Part shown: in pieces, positions 63,151-64,000 of the stretch
Numbering within the stretch: position 1 is the stretch's first letter
How the letters are laid out: each line of letters starts with the position of its first letter
Source of the DNA: Chiloscyllium plagiosum
Taxonomy: Eukaryota
Assembly (NCBI RefSeq): GCF_004010195.1
Contig: NC_057718.1
Span: forward strand, 59,507,622-59,571,621
Reading direction: 5' to 3'
Length of the DNA: 64,000 nucleotides
Made by a program: the position numbers and the translations under genes
Notes under the pieces: generated by a model
What the model saw: the letters and a program-made list of their open reading frames with translations, nothing else
Told to the model about the DNA's origin: nothing
Databases searched by the model: none

Positions 63151-64000
63151 ACCTACATTTTGACTTTATTACAAGTTCCATCAAGTCTTGGAAACAACGT
63201 AAAAGTGTCATGTTCAGGTTGACCATCAAAACATAAATTGGAGTAATTGCAGGAGATAGTCATGTTCTTGGAAGTTCCTCCTGATACTTTGTTGCTATAT
63301 AAATCGACTGGACTGTCACTTTCTCCTTGGCATTCTGCAATTCATAAAAAAAATTCCACAGTATGTTTCAGGCTGTGTGTTTCAGTGTGTTTCATTGGAC
63401 TCCATTCAATACTCCATCATCTTTACCATGTGCTTTGAAACTGCTCTCATGTCTGATGCATAAGATCTGAGACTCTGGGTTAATGATTTTCTTTTCATGT
63501 CACCTTGAAATCCAAATCCAGAAGCTGCTATTATCCCACTCTCTGTAAGGAATGGCGTGCTCTAACTTTTCCATTCTCAGGTCTTCACGCTTATTAGGGC
63601 TCCAAAATTCAACTAGTGGAAACCCTTCTGATTCAATTACAACTTTCTCGTTGTTAGGGCAGGTATTGGGGTTGATATGGAAGACCTAAGATTTGTGTAT
63701 TGCATAAGCCCTGTCTTTGATCTCAGTGACCAGACGTTTTCTTTAATTTTCCTATAGGATTTTTAAAAAGGTTCAGAAGCTCAGAAGGTTCACAGGTAGT
63801 TACCTGTGAAACTATATAATTCCTTGAAGAATTTGTGCCTGTGTGCATTGCTGTTGCTGTATAATGACAATCAATATAAAGTTGAAACAGCCTGCAGACC
63901 ACCTTGTCTTGCCTCAGACAATTGGTCATTGATATCTTTGCAACTGATCTCATTCAGCCTCTCCTTTCATTTTCCTATAAATTGCAAAGCTGCTTTGTCA

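Overview
Eukaryotic, repeat-dense, apparently non-coding DNA. The repeat set (HE1/V-SINEs, many CR1 LINE subfamilies, Penelope-like elements) points to a cartilaginous fish, most likely a shark; this is an inference. I found no credible host protein-coding exon, and the recognisable ORFs in the track are decayed transposon fragments. The window holds one near-full-length CR1 (SGNH-esterase ORF1 plus APE-RT ORF2), over a dozen truncated CR1 pieces, a second CR1/L2-group LINE family, an L1/Tx1 3' end, SINEs, two probable solo LTRs, a Tigger-like MITE and two fossil Harbinger-type Myb/SANT genes. The most notable signal is a dense set of Penelope-like (PLE) insertions carrying minimal hammerhead ribozyme (HHR) motifs with covarying stems. 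These include tiny fold-back copies (one is a 90-bp near-perfect palindrome) flanked by 14-17 bp target-site duplications (TSDs), and copies whose 5' ends fall exactly at the predicted ribozyme cleavage site. Boundaries without a TSD are approximate.
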